NCBI GenBank assembly: GCA_963793305.1
Contig: CAWBZV010000014.1
Span: 32,001 to 96,000 of the forward strand
DNA: 64,000 nt
Direction: 5' to 3'
Source: an uncultured Gemmatimonadales bacterium
GTDB taxonomy: Bacteria; Gemmatimonadota; Gemmatimonadetes; Gemmatimonadales; Gemmatimonadaceae
This document shows, piece by piece, positions 19,563 through 30,654 of this stretch. The notes under the pieces were generated by a model. It was not told where the DNA came from, did not search any database, and worked only from the letters and a program-made list of their open reading frames with translations. Both the position numbers and the translations under genes were made by a program. Within the stretch, counting starts at the first letter, position 1. Each line of letters starts with the position of its first letter.

Positions 19563-21511
19563 GTAGAACGCGAGCAGCTTGGGCGCTCGTGCTCGGCGCG
19601 GGCGTTGCCGCCCCGGTTGCGGCACAAAACCCTGAGGCTCCCGTTCGGACTCCAGCGGCGTCGCTCGTCTTCGCCGCCCGCGCATTCGATCGCGCCAATT
19701 CGCTGGACTCCGCGCGCTCGGCGTACGAGACCGCCGCGGCGCTCCTCCCAACAATCTCCGATTGGCTCTGGTTACGCGCGGCAGGCGTGACCGCCGATAC
19801 CGGCACGCGCTCGCGGGACTATGCCTCGGTCCACACCGACGTCGCGCGCTCGCGTATCCCGTGGACTGAAGCGCTGGCCCGCGAGCGTACGGGAGACTTC
19901 GCCGGCGCCGCCCGCGCATACGATTCCCTTGGCTCGCACGCCGAGGCGCTCCACGCGCGCGCCGCGTCGAGCGACACCTCGGGCCACTTTGCGCTCTGCA
20001 GCGACATCGAGCAGTTCGCCCTCGCGCACACCGGCGGCCCAGACGCGCGGTCGGCGCTCGACATCGGGGATCGCCTGTGCGCTCCGCTGCCGCTGGATAT
20101 CGAGCGCGTGGCGGCCATGAGCGCCGTCCCCGCGCGCGCCGTCCAGGCGTTCGTTCGCCTCGACTCCGCCGGCCCGCTGACGCCGACCGAGCGCTTCGCG
20201 TACGGCATGGCGCTCGAGCGGTTGCACCGCACCGCCGACGCCGTGAAGCAATTCACGCGTGTGACCACGCCCGCGGCGCTCGCGCACGCGGCCATGTATC
20301 AGCGGGGCCGAACACTCGTGGCAGGCGGAGACAAGACCGGCGCCAGAGCCGTCCTGCGGCGACTGGTGGCGGCGGCGCCCAAGGATACCTCGGCTGGGAA
20401 CGCGCTGGCGCTGTTGGCCGATCTCGCGACCGACGATGGGAACGACGCCGGCGCGCGCGCCGCGTACTTGGCGATTGCCGATCGATTCCCAACGTCCGCG
20501 ATGGCCAGCAGGGCACGGTTTCGGCTGGGACTGATCACGTTCGTCGCCGGCCGCTATCGTGCGGCCGCGCGCGTATGGGACGGCCTCGCCATCACCGCGC
20601 ACGCCGAGGACGCGATCGCCGCAAAGTATTGGGCGGCTCGCGCGTGGGCGGCGGGCGGCGACACCGGCGCGGCGCGCATTCGCTGGCGAGCCATCATTGC
20701 CGGCGAGCCGTTGTCGTACTACGCCGGCCTCAGCGGAGTTCGCCTCGATGGCCGCCCGCCGGTTCCCACGCTCGGCGCCGACACGACGCCCCCGGCGGTT
20801 GGCGCCGCGACCGACAGCGCGCTGGGCCGCGCGGCGCTGCTGAATCAACTGGGCATGGACGTCGAAGCCAAGTTCGAGACCGACCGCGTGGCGCGCGCGA
20901 CGTTGGGGACATACACGGATCTTCTCGCGACCGGCACAGCGCTGGCCCGCGCCGGCGATGCCTCACGCGGGATCGCGTTCGGGTGGCGCCTCCTCGCTCG
21001 GGGCGACAGCGCGCGCACCGACACGCGCGTCTATCGTCTGATCTTCCCGTTGCTCTACGGCGACAAGATCGCGGCAGATGCCAAGGCGGCCTCACTCGAT
21101 CCAGCGCTCGTGGCGGCGGTCATTCGGCAGGAGTCCAATTTCACGGCCAACGCCGCGTCTCCGGTCGGCGCTCGCGGCCTCATGCAAATCATGCCTGGCA
21201 TCGGCCGCGACCTCGCGCGGAGTCACAACATCGCCGGCCCGTGGGATCCGGCGGTCCTCGATCAGCCCAACGTCAATATCTCACTCGGGGTCAGTCACTT
21301 CGCGACCTTCTTGGAACAAGAGCACGGCGTAGTGGTGCGCGGGCTTGCTGCCTATAATGCGGGACCGTCGCGCGTGACGCTCTGGAGCGTCCGCAAGGGC
21401 ACGAACGACCCTGAAATCTTCGTCGAGCGCATCCCGTTCGCCGAGACTCGGGACTATGTGCGGGCGATCATGCGCGGGCGCGACCTCTACGCCGCGCTGT
21501 ATCACTTATAG
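19559..21511 (+). CDS. slt: soluble lytic murein transglycosylase with TPR region
   Basis: [42 protein letters not shown] start at 19559 gives a complete signal peptide [22 protein letters not shown]. Confidence 0.88.
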   Translation: MSRTRAAWALVLGAGVAAPVAAQNPEAPVRTPAASLVFAARAFDRANSLDSARSAYETAAALLPTISDWLWLRAAGVTADTGTRSRDYASVHTDVARSRIPWTEALARERTGDFAGAARAYDSLGSHAEALHARAASSDTSGHFALCSDIEQFALAHTGGPDARSALDIGDRLCAPLPLDIERVAAMSAVPARAVQAFVRLDSAGPLTPTERFAYGMALERLHRTADAVKQFTRVTTPAALAHAAMYQRGRTLVAGGDKTGARAVLRRLVAAAPKDTSAGNALALLADLATDDGNDAGARAAYLAIADRFPTSAMASRARFRLGLITFVAGRYRAAARVWDGLAITAHAEDAIAAKYWAARAWAAGGDTGAARIRWRAIIAGEPLSYYAGLSGVRLDGRPPVPTLGADTTPPAVGAATDSALGRAALLNQLGMDVEAKFETDRVARATLGTYTDLLATGTALARAGDASRGIAFGWRLLARGDSARTDTRVYRLIFPLLYGDKIAADAKAASLDPALVAAVIRQESNFTANAASPVGARGLMQIMPGIGRDLARSHNIAGPWDPAVLDQPNVNISLGVSHFATFLEQEHGVVVRGLAAYNAGPSRVTLWSVRKGTNDPEIFVERIPFAETRDYVRAIMRGRDLYAALYHL

Positions 21512-23424
21512 CCGGCCGCCTGCATGGTGAAGAGCTCGGAGTAGAGCCCGGCTTTGGCGAGGAGCTCCTCGTGGGTGCCTTGCTCCACGAGATGGGCTTT
21601 GTGGAGCACGAGAATCCGATCGGCCATACGCACCGTCGAGAATCGGTGCGAGATCAGAATGGCCATCCGCCCCTGTGTCAGCTCGGAGAACCGCTCAAAG
21701 ACCTCGAACTCGGCTCTCGCGTCGAGGGCGGCCGTGGGCTCGTCCAGAATGAGCAGTTGCGCGTCTCGCAGATAGGCGCGGGCGAGAGCGACCTTCTGCC
21801 ACTCGCCGCCGGACAGGTCGACGCCGTCCTCGAAGCGGCGGCCGAGCATCTGGGCGTAGCCCTCGGGAAGACGCGGCAGCAGGGTGTCGGCGAGCGAGTC
21901 GTGGGCCGCGGACTGGATCGGCCCGGGCACCGATGGGGCCGAGCCGTTGGTCGCCGCGACGGCACGCGTGAGGTAGTCCTGGGTCTCATCGATCTTGCCG
22001 ACGCCAATGTTCTCATCGAACCGCATGTCGTACCGCACGAAATCCTGGAAGATGACGCCGATGGCGTGGCGCAGCTCGGTCAGGTCATATTCGCGGAGAT
22101 CGACGCCGTCGAGCAGCACGCGCCCTTCGGTCGGGTCATAGAGGCGGGCAATGAGCTTGGTCAGCGTGGTCTTGCCGGCGCCGTTCTCGCCGACGAGCGC
22201 GAGACGCTCGCCAGGGCGCAGGGCGAAGCTCACGTGACGAATGGCCCAGCGCTCGCTGCCCGGATACTGGAATCCGACGTTGTCGAACACGAAGCCCTCG
22301 CGCATCGGTCGTGGGACCGGCCGCGCGTTCGGGCGATTGACGATCGTCGGCTTGATCTCGAAGAACAAGAAGAGGTCGCGCAGATTGAGGATCTGCTGAT
22401 AGACCTCCGTCGCGCCCATCACCAAGCGCTGAATGATGTCCCGGGACTGCGAGAACAATGCGGCCAGGAATGTCATCGTGCCGATCGTCACGAAGCCACG
22501 GACCGTGTCGTACAGAATCAATCCGTAGGCCGAGTAGTACCCGGCCGTGCCGAGCAGGGACAGCGATGCGCTCACCGCCGCTCTCTTTTGCGAGAGTGAC
22601 CGGTTCTCTTCGTAGAACTGTTGGGCCAACACGCGATAGCGCTCGGTCAGCCACGGGGCGAGGCCGAACATCTGGACCTCTTTCGCGGTCCGGTCGCTCG
22701 CGCCAACGAAGCGCAGGTACTCCAACAAGCGCCGCTGGGGCGTCCAGCGGAAGAGCAGCGAGTACCCGAGGCCGGCAAAATGCGTCTCGCCTATGAAGCT
22801 CGGCAGCACGGTCACGGCGAGGACCAGCAGCAGCCACGGGTTGAACACGATCATGGCCGCGCTGAGCGTGATGAGCGTGACGACGTCCTGCGCCATCGCC
22901 AGCGCCTGGGAGAAGAGCCCGATCCGCCCCGTGGATTCGCGACGCGCGCGCTCCAGGAGGTCGTAGAACGTCGGGTCCTCGAACTGCGCGAGGTCGAGCG
23001 TCGCCGCGTGCTCCATGATCCGCACGCTCGTGCGGTTCGCGAAGAGATCGCCCATCATGCTTTCGACCAGGATCGAGCCCCGGGCGAGGAGGTCGCTGGT
23101 GATGGCAATCGCGATCGCCGAGAGGAAGAGGCGGATGAGCAGCGTCCAGTCGGCGCCATGCAGGCGTGAGGCGATGACGGTGTCGACGATCTGCCGCGCG
23201 ATGTAGAGCTCGAACAGCGGCGTGAGCGAGCGCGCGAGCCGCAGCACGATCATGAGGATCGACAGGACCGGGCCCGTGCTCCAGATCAGACGGACGAGCG
23301 CCGGGAAATAGCGGAAGGCGTCGACGCGGTCGCGCCATGTCGCGCTCGGCGTGTCTCCCGCGCCGTTCTTCGGTGGGGCGGAGCCGTAGACCGGTACTTC
23401 GGCTGTCGAATAACGAGGCGGCAT
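21502..23424 (-). CDS. ABC exporter, fused permease/ATPase
   Basis: GENGAGKTT, LSGGEWQK, LDEPTAALD, SHRFST plus TM domain. Confidence 0.95.
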   Translation of the reverse strand: MPPRYSTAEVPVYGSAPPKNGAGDTPSATWRDRVDAFRYFPALVRLIWSTGPVLSILMIVLRLARSLTPLFELYIARQIVDTVIASRLHGADWTLLIRLFLSAIAIAITSDLLARGSILVESMMGDLFANRTSVRIMEHAATLDLAQFEDPTFYDLLERARRESTGRIGLFSQALAMAQDVVTLITLSAAMIVFNPWLLLVLAVTVLPSFIGETHFAGLGYSLLFRWTPQRRLLEYLRFVGASDRTAKEVQMFGLAPWLTERYRVLAQQFYEENRSLSQKRAAVSASLSLLGTAGYYSAYGLILYDTVRGFVTIGTMTFLAALFSQSRDIIQRLVMGATEVYQQILNLRDLFLFFEIKPTIVNRPNARPVPRPMREGFVFDNVGFQYPGSERWAIRHVSFALRPGERLALVGENGAGKTTLTKLIARLYDPTEGRVLLDGVDLREYDLTELRHAIGVIFQDFVRYDMRFDENIGVGKIDETQDYLTRAVAATNGSAPSVPGPIQSAAHDSLADTLLPRLPEGYAQMLGRRFEDGVDLSGGEWQKVALARAYLRDAQLLILDEPTAALDARAEFEVFERFSELTQGRMAILISHRFSTVRMADRILVLHKAHLVEQGTHEELLAKAGLYSELFTMQAAGYK

Positions 23425-23479
23425 GCGAGGGGGTTATACTCCTTGATAAGGACACAAGTATCGTGCTCAGGAGGTTCGA

Positions 23480-23836
23480 ATGCGAATGGGTGGACTGGTG
23501 CTACTGGCAGGGCTGGGCATCACGTCGATTGCCCACGCACAGGACGCGTTGGCTGGCGCCAAAGCCGACCTGAGGAAGGTGGTCAGCCTCAACGAGGTCT
23601 ACCACGCGAAGAACAAGAAGTACGCGAGCAGTGTCGGCGACTTGACATCCTACAGGCCATCGGCCGGTGTAACCGTTACCTTGGGCCTTTCGACCGCGAA
23701 TGGGTGGGCGGCGAGCGCCACGGCCAGCGGTGCGGCTGGGAAGAGTTGTGTGATCTTTGTTGGTCAGATTGCGCTGCCAAAGACACAGGCGCAGGGGTTG
23801 ACCGGTCCGGAGGCTGTCCCCGTTTGCGACAAATAG
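23480..23836 (+). CDS. secreted protein with pilin-like globular domain
   Basis: Sec signal ending AHA; KADLRKVVSLNEVYHAKNKKY helix, GWAASAT strand, C-terminal Cys pair. Confidence 0.65.
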   Translation: MRMGGLVLLAGLGITSIAHAQDALAGAKADLRKVVSLNEVYHAKNKKYASSVGDLTSYRPSAGVTVTLGLSTANGWAASATASGAAGKSCVIFVGQIALPKTQAQGLTGPEAVPVCDK

Positions 23837-23947
23837 TCGTACGCCTGCCACAGTTCTACGGTTATCCCGTTGTGGCGACTGGCTGATTAAGAGGCACAGC
23901 CATTGCACGCGTCCCTTAGGTATCAACAACTGAACCGGGGAGACGTA

Positions 23948-25267
<1,320 letters not shown>

Positions 25268-25323
25268 CGTAACGCGACACGCTCGACTAGGGTCTCGCGC
25301 GACAATCGGCGAGCCCTTAGCGT

Positions 25324-27679
25324 ATGGACATGCGCGAGCTTCGGTATGTCCTTCGCCGGCTGCGGCAGCAGCCCGGCCTTCACGATCGCGGCCACGCTCA
25401 CGTTGGCCATCGCGATCGGCGCCACCGCCTCCGTCTTCGGCATCGTCGACGGGGTGCTGCTCAAGGCCTTCCCGTACCGGGATGCCGATCGGGTCTTGTG
25501 GATCGCCCGTAGCAATCCGGCGCGTGGCATGCCGATGTCTTCGTGTCGCCACCCAATTTCCTCGACTATCGAGCGCAGAATACGACGTTCACGGCGCTCG
25601 CCGCGTCGAGTTGGCGCAATAGGACCGTCACGGGGAAGGGACCACCCGAGCGTCTGCAAGGGCTCTCCGTCACGCCGTCGTATTTCCCGGTGCTCGGCCT
25701 GACACCGATTCTTGGACGCGGGCTCGCTCCGGATTCGGGTGGTCCCGCCGAGGTCGTGATCAGCTACGGGATACTGGCGCCGATCGGGCAGACCGTCGGG
25801 TCGAGCCTCACGCTTGCATGGGCGGGTCCGCACGTCATTGTCGGCGTTATGCCTCCCGGGTTGCCCGGCGACAATCAGATCTGGACGCGGCTCACCTTTA
25901 CCCCTGACCCCGGCCCAATCGGCGGCCCCAACGCCCTCTCGGTCTACGGACGGCTCAAGCCTGGCGTCACGCTGGCAAGGGCTCAGCGCGAATTCGAGAC
26001 AATCGCCTCGCGACTGGCGGCTGCGTATCCGGCAGAGGACGCTGGCTTCACCGTCGTGACCATTGCACTGCTCGATCGCTTGTACTCGGCGGCCGTGAGG
26101 CCCGCGTTGCTCATGCTGTTCGCGGCGGCGGGCAGCGTGCTGCTGATCGGCTCGGCCAATCTCGCGAACTTGTTCCTCGTCCGGCACCTGGCGCGCGAGC
26201 GCGAGCTGGCGGTGCGCACGGCACTGGGGGCGTCTCGCGGGCGACTGGTGCGCGACCTCGTGCTGGAGGCGCTCGCGCTCGGCGCGGCTGGCTGCGCCGT
26301 CGGTGTCGCTCTGGCGTTCGGCGGCGCGCGCGCGCTTCGCGCGCTGGCACCGCCGGATCTCCCGAGATTGGATCAGGTCGGCGTCGATGCACGGGTCGTC
26401 GCGTTTTGTGCGCTCATGACATTGGTGACCATGTTGCTGTTCGGCGTGCTGCCTGCGTGGCGCGCGTCGCGCGGCAATGTCGCCGAGGTCATGAAAGACG
26501 GCGGGCGCGGGACCGGGACGGCGCGCCACCATCGACTCCAGAACGCGCTGGTCGTCCTGCAAGTGGCGGTCGCACTCCTCCTCCTGACCGGCGCGGGATT
26601 GTTCGTCAAGAGCTTCGAGCGGTTCCGGCACCTCGATCTCGGCTTCCAGCCAGACGGCGTGCTGACGGCGCAACTGTCGCTGCCCCCTGATACCGGAAGG
26701 ATTGCCCCGTTCATCACGACCGCGGTCGATCGTCTGGCGGCCATACCCGGCGTCCGCTCGGCGAGTGTAAGCACGAATCTTCCAGGCGTCTATCAGTTCG
26801 GCCTCAGGTTCTCGATCGTGGGCGATCCGCCGCCCGATCGGGCACACATGCCGGTCGTCGCCGTACATGTGCGTCACTCCAGATTACTTCCGCACGATGG
26901 GCATCCCGATCGTGCGGGGACGGGGGATCTTACCGACCGATGAGCGACACTCGTCGGAGATCGCGGTCGTGGATCGCTTGTTCGCTCGGAAGTACTTCAC
27001 CGGGCGCGATCCGATCGGTCGGCGCCTGGTGTTGGGCCCCGACACGGTGCCGATCGTCGGCATTGTCGATTCGGTCAGGCTGCACGGACTCGCGAAAGAC
27101 GAGCCGCCGGCTGTCTACTTCCCGTATGTGCAGTGTGGGGAGCCGTTCGTATTCGCCGAGGTGCGCGCCGCGGGCGATCCGGGCGTACTGGCGGGCGCGA
27201 TGCGGCGCGCGATCTACTCGGTCGATCCGACCGTGGCCGTGTCCGACGTGCAAACAATGAACGTCGCGCGTCAACCAGTACCGTCGGCTCGACGCGGTTC
27301 TCGACGTTCCTGGCATCGCTCTTCGCCGTCGTAGCGCTCGTGCTCGGCGTTGTTGGGATCTATAGCGTACTCGCGTACGTCGTCGCCCAGCGTCGACGCG
27401 AGATCGGCATACGCCTCGCGCTCGGCGCGACGCACGGGCACGTCATCGCCACCGTCTTGCGCCACGCGCTCGCGCTCACCGGCATCGGCATCGCGACTCG
27501 GCTCGGCCGCCGCGTGGTGGGTGACGCGCGCGCTATCCGGGCTCTTCCTCGGGGTGAGTCCCCACGACCCCGCCGCGTTCCTCGGCGCGGCCGGACTGTT
27601 CACCGGTATCGCCCTGGTCGCGGCCAGCGTCCCGGCGTTCCGCACGACGCGCGTCAACCCGGCGGTCGTTCTTACGTAG
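25324..27679 (+). pseudogene. duplicated ABC permease (ADOP/MacB-like), at least 5 frame changes
   Basis: Fragments in successive frames: RELRYVLRRL / PAFTIAATLTLAIAIGA / SPPNFLDYR...RELAVRTALGASRGRL / VTPDYFRTMGIP / GIYSVLAYVVAQRRREIGIRLALGA / VPAFRTTRVNP. Could be sequencing error. Confidence 0.85.
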
Positions 27680-29581
27680 GTGCCACGGCGCGTCCACGAT
27701 GATCACGCGTGGACCGCCGTGGATCCGGAGCAGCGACTTGAGTATGGTCGGCCGGTGGCCCGACAGGAGAATGTCGTACCACCGGCGTTTGACGACCTCC
27801 GGCACCACGACGGCGATATAGCGGTCGCGGTGCCGATGGGCCGCGGCGCGGACGTGCTGCAGGATCGGCGGCATGAACTCCCGAAACTCCGACTTGAGCG
27901 TCACGAGCTTGATCGGCTCGAGGCCGCACGTCTGACATGGGTCATGCACCAACTCGCCCCACGCGGCGCGCAGCGCCTCGACCCGGTCGACACCCGTGTC
28001 GCTGTCGTCGGTCTGGACCAAGACCGCTTCGACGTTGGGCGAGATCGTCACGGCGAAGCTCAACGCCTTGCGGCTCACCCAGTCGAGTCGGGTGATGGGC
28101 ACGATCACGACCGGCGGTTTCGCTTCGTGGATCGGCAACGGCCCCCAATCGGGTTGTTCTTCGCCGAGCTCGCGCGACACGCGCTCCTGCCGATAGCGGA
28201 TGCCGAGGAACATGAAGTAGAGCGTCGGGATCGCGACCGCGGTGATCCATGCACCTTCCGTGAACTTGCAGACGATCACGACGAGCAGCGTCACGGACGT
28301 CGCGACCGCGCCGATGCCGTTGATCACGAGCGATCGGCGAGCACCCGGTCCGCCGACGCGTCGCCAATGCGCCACCATCCCCCACTGTGAGGCGGTGAAC
28401 GCGAGGAGCGCGCCGACCGCGAAGAGCGGGATCAACGCGTCCGTAATCCCGCCGAAGATGATCAGCAGGAGACCCGCGAACACGGCGAGCACGACGACGC
28501 CGAGCGAGTATACGAGACGGCGGCCGAGGTGCGCGAATCCCAGCGGCAAATAGTGATCGAGCGCCAGGAGGCGCGAAAGTCTCGGAAAATCCGCGAAGCT
28601 CGTATTCGCCGATAGGCACAACACGCAGACCACGGAGACCATCGTCAGGAAGTAGAACCACCCACGCCCGACAACGGCGCCGGTCATCATCGACAGCACG
28701 CTGTCGTATCCGGTCGCGCCCGGCGCCGTGGCGGTGATCCCATAGGCGATGCAGACATAGGCGACGCCAGCCAACAGCACCACCAGGATGCCAATGATCG
28801 CCGTGAGCGACCGTTGCGCGTTCTTGATGGTGGGTTCGGTGAAGAGTGGGACGCCATTGCTGACGGCTTCCACGCCGGTCATGGCGGTGGTGCCGCTGGC
28901 GAACGCGCGCGACAACAGCCAGAGGCTGACGGCGGCCGTACTGGCGACCGGAGAGGGTGGGCGGACGCGTGGGATCGGGTGGCCATGCGCGAGCGCCACC
29001 TGCGCGATGCCGATGACGATGACGACGGCCAGCGTGCCGACGAAGAGATACGTCGGGAGCATGAAGACGAGACCCGCTTCGCGGATGCCGCGCAGGTTGA
29101 CGATCGTCAGGGCGACCAGGATCACGAGACACAGCGGCAGCGTGAACGGCAGCAGCCTCGGTACGGCCGACACGACCTGCCCGACGCCAGCGGCGATCGC
29201 GACCGCGACGTTCAGGATGTAGTCGAGCGACAGCGCCGCCGCGGCGAGCAGTCCCGCGTGAGGCCCCAGGTTTTCTTTGGCGACCGTATACGATCCGCCC
29301 CCGTTCGGATAGGCGGCGATCGTCTGGCGGTACGAGAAGAAGACCGCCAACAAGATGGCGATGATGATCGCGCTGATCGGCGCGAGGTAGCCGATGGCGG
29401 CGGCACCGAGCGGAAGGAGCACCGTCAGCAGCGCCTCGGGACCATAGGCGGCCGACGACAGCGCGTCGAGGCCCAGGACCGGGATCCCGGTCATGGCGCT
29501 GATCTTTTGTGCGTCTTGCTCGTCCGTTCGCAGCCGGCGGCCGAACAGCATCCCGGCGAGGTCTCTAGGGGGAGAGGACAC
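27533..29581 (-). CDS. APC-family transporter, KimA-like
   Basis: DALSSAAYGPE, SYRQTIAAYPNGGGSY, TGVEAVSNG, SANTSFADFPRL, KFTEGAW, cytoplasmic C-terminal domain. Confidence 0.88.
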   Translation of the reverse strand: MSSPPRDLAGMLFGRRLRTDEQDAQKISAMTGIPVLGLDALSSAAYGPEALLTVLLPLGAAAIGYLAPISAIIIAILLAVFFSYRQTIAAYPNGGGSYTVAKENLGPHAGLLAAAALSLDYILNVAVAIAAGVGQVVSAVPRLLPFTLPLCLVILVALTIVNLRGIREAGLVFMLPTYLFVGTLAVVIVIGIAQVALAHGHPIPRVRPPSPVASTAAVSLWLLSRAFASGTTAMTGVEAVSNGVPLFTEPTIKNAQRSLTAIIGILVVLLAGVAYVCIAYGITATAPGATGYDSVLSMMTGAVVGRGWFYFLTMVSVVCVLCLSANTSFADFPRLSRLLALDHYLPLGFAHLGRRLVYSLGVVVLAVFAGLLLIIFGGITDALIPLFAVGALLAFTASQWGMVAHWRRVGGPGARRSLVINGIGAVATSVTLLVVIVCKFTEGAWITAVAIPTLYFMFLGIRYRQERVSRELGEEQPDWGPLPIHEAKPPVVIVPITRLDWVSRKALSFAVTISPNVEAVLVQTDDSDTGVDRVEALRAAWGELVHDPCQTCGLEPIKLVTLKSEFREFMPPILQHVRAAAHRHRDRYIAVVVPEVVKRRWYDILLSGHRPTILKSLLRIHGGPRVIIVDAPWHLRKNDRRVDARRAERRDAGRDQGDTGEQSGRAEERGGVVGTHPEEEPG

Positions 29582-29603
29582 GCCGTAAGCTTATGTTAAA
29601 ATC

Positions 29604-30654
29604 ATGAGGCGCTGTACTCCGCTGCTTCTGCTGTGCGTCGCCGCTTGTAACAACCCCGCGGGGCCGCCACCGAATCTCACGGTCGCCCAGGTCACCGACT
29701 TGGGAACGCTCCCGCAAGGCGCAAATGTCGTCGGCCGCGACGGCGGCTACAGCGCCGAGTTTCAGGGCCAGTCGGTATGGCTGTACAGCGACACGTTTCT
29801 TTCCAAGCCGAACGCGCTCGGCCGCACGCTGATCAGCGACTCGTGGGCATGGACCACGGATCTGCACTCGTTCCAGCAACTCGATGACACCACCGGCGAT
29901 CCGGCGATGTTCTTGCCGGAGACGCCGGCCGAGACGCAGTTCAATCAGGCGCATCTCAACACCGATGGCCAACGATGGGCGTTGTGGCTCGCGGCTATCG
30001 TGGCGGACACCGTCCGCGACCGCGCGCTCATTCTTTTACTCCGTCGTCCATGCGGCGCCGGGCAGCTTCAACTTCTATAGCACCGGCGTCTCGGTCGCGA
30101 TCTGGGCCGGGTTCGGTCACGCGCCCGTGCGGCCGGCCCGTCTCTTGTTCGACCAGAACGGAGCCGGGCTTCGGGGCCGCCGCGCTGATCGACAGCGGCT
30201 TCTTGTACGTGTACGGATGCGGGACATCGAGCTCGATAAGCCATGTCCGTTGGGACGTGTAGATCCCGCGAACGTGCTCGACCGAAGCGCGTGGACGTAC
30301 TGGGCCGGCAATGGCCGTTGGTCGCCCAATCTCAGCGACGCAGTCTCGGTGTTCAGCGGTGACGACATCGTGAACGTGTCGTGGAACGCGTACCTCGGCG
30401 AGTACGTCGCGATCTATAGCGAGCCCATTTCCGACGATGTCATGATTCGCACCGCACCGCGACCGGAAGGTCCGTGGTCAGGCGAGCGACGGATTTTCAC
30501 CGCCCGGGCCCCAGCTGGTGGCGGCTGGATCTACGACGCGCTCGCTCATCCCGAGTTCAACGCGGGTGGCGGGAAAACGATGTACGTCAGCTATTCACGC
30601 GCGACTGGGACGTTCGCCAGTGAGGTTCGGCTCGTCGCCATCGAGTTTCACTAG
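29604..30654 (+). pseudogene. DUF4185-like beta-propeller lipoprotein, about 3 frameshifts
   Basis: VAAC lipobox, GRDGGYS, WLYSDTF; later frames give FLYVYGC, WTYWAG, VSWNAYLG, APRPEGPWS, YDALAHPEF. Confidence 0.65.
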
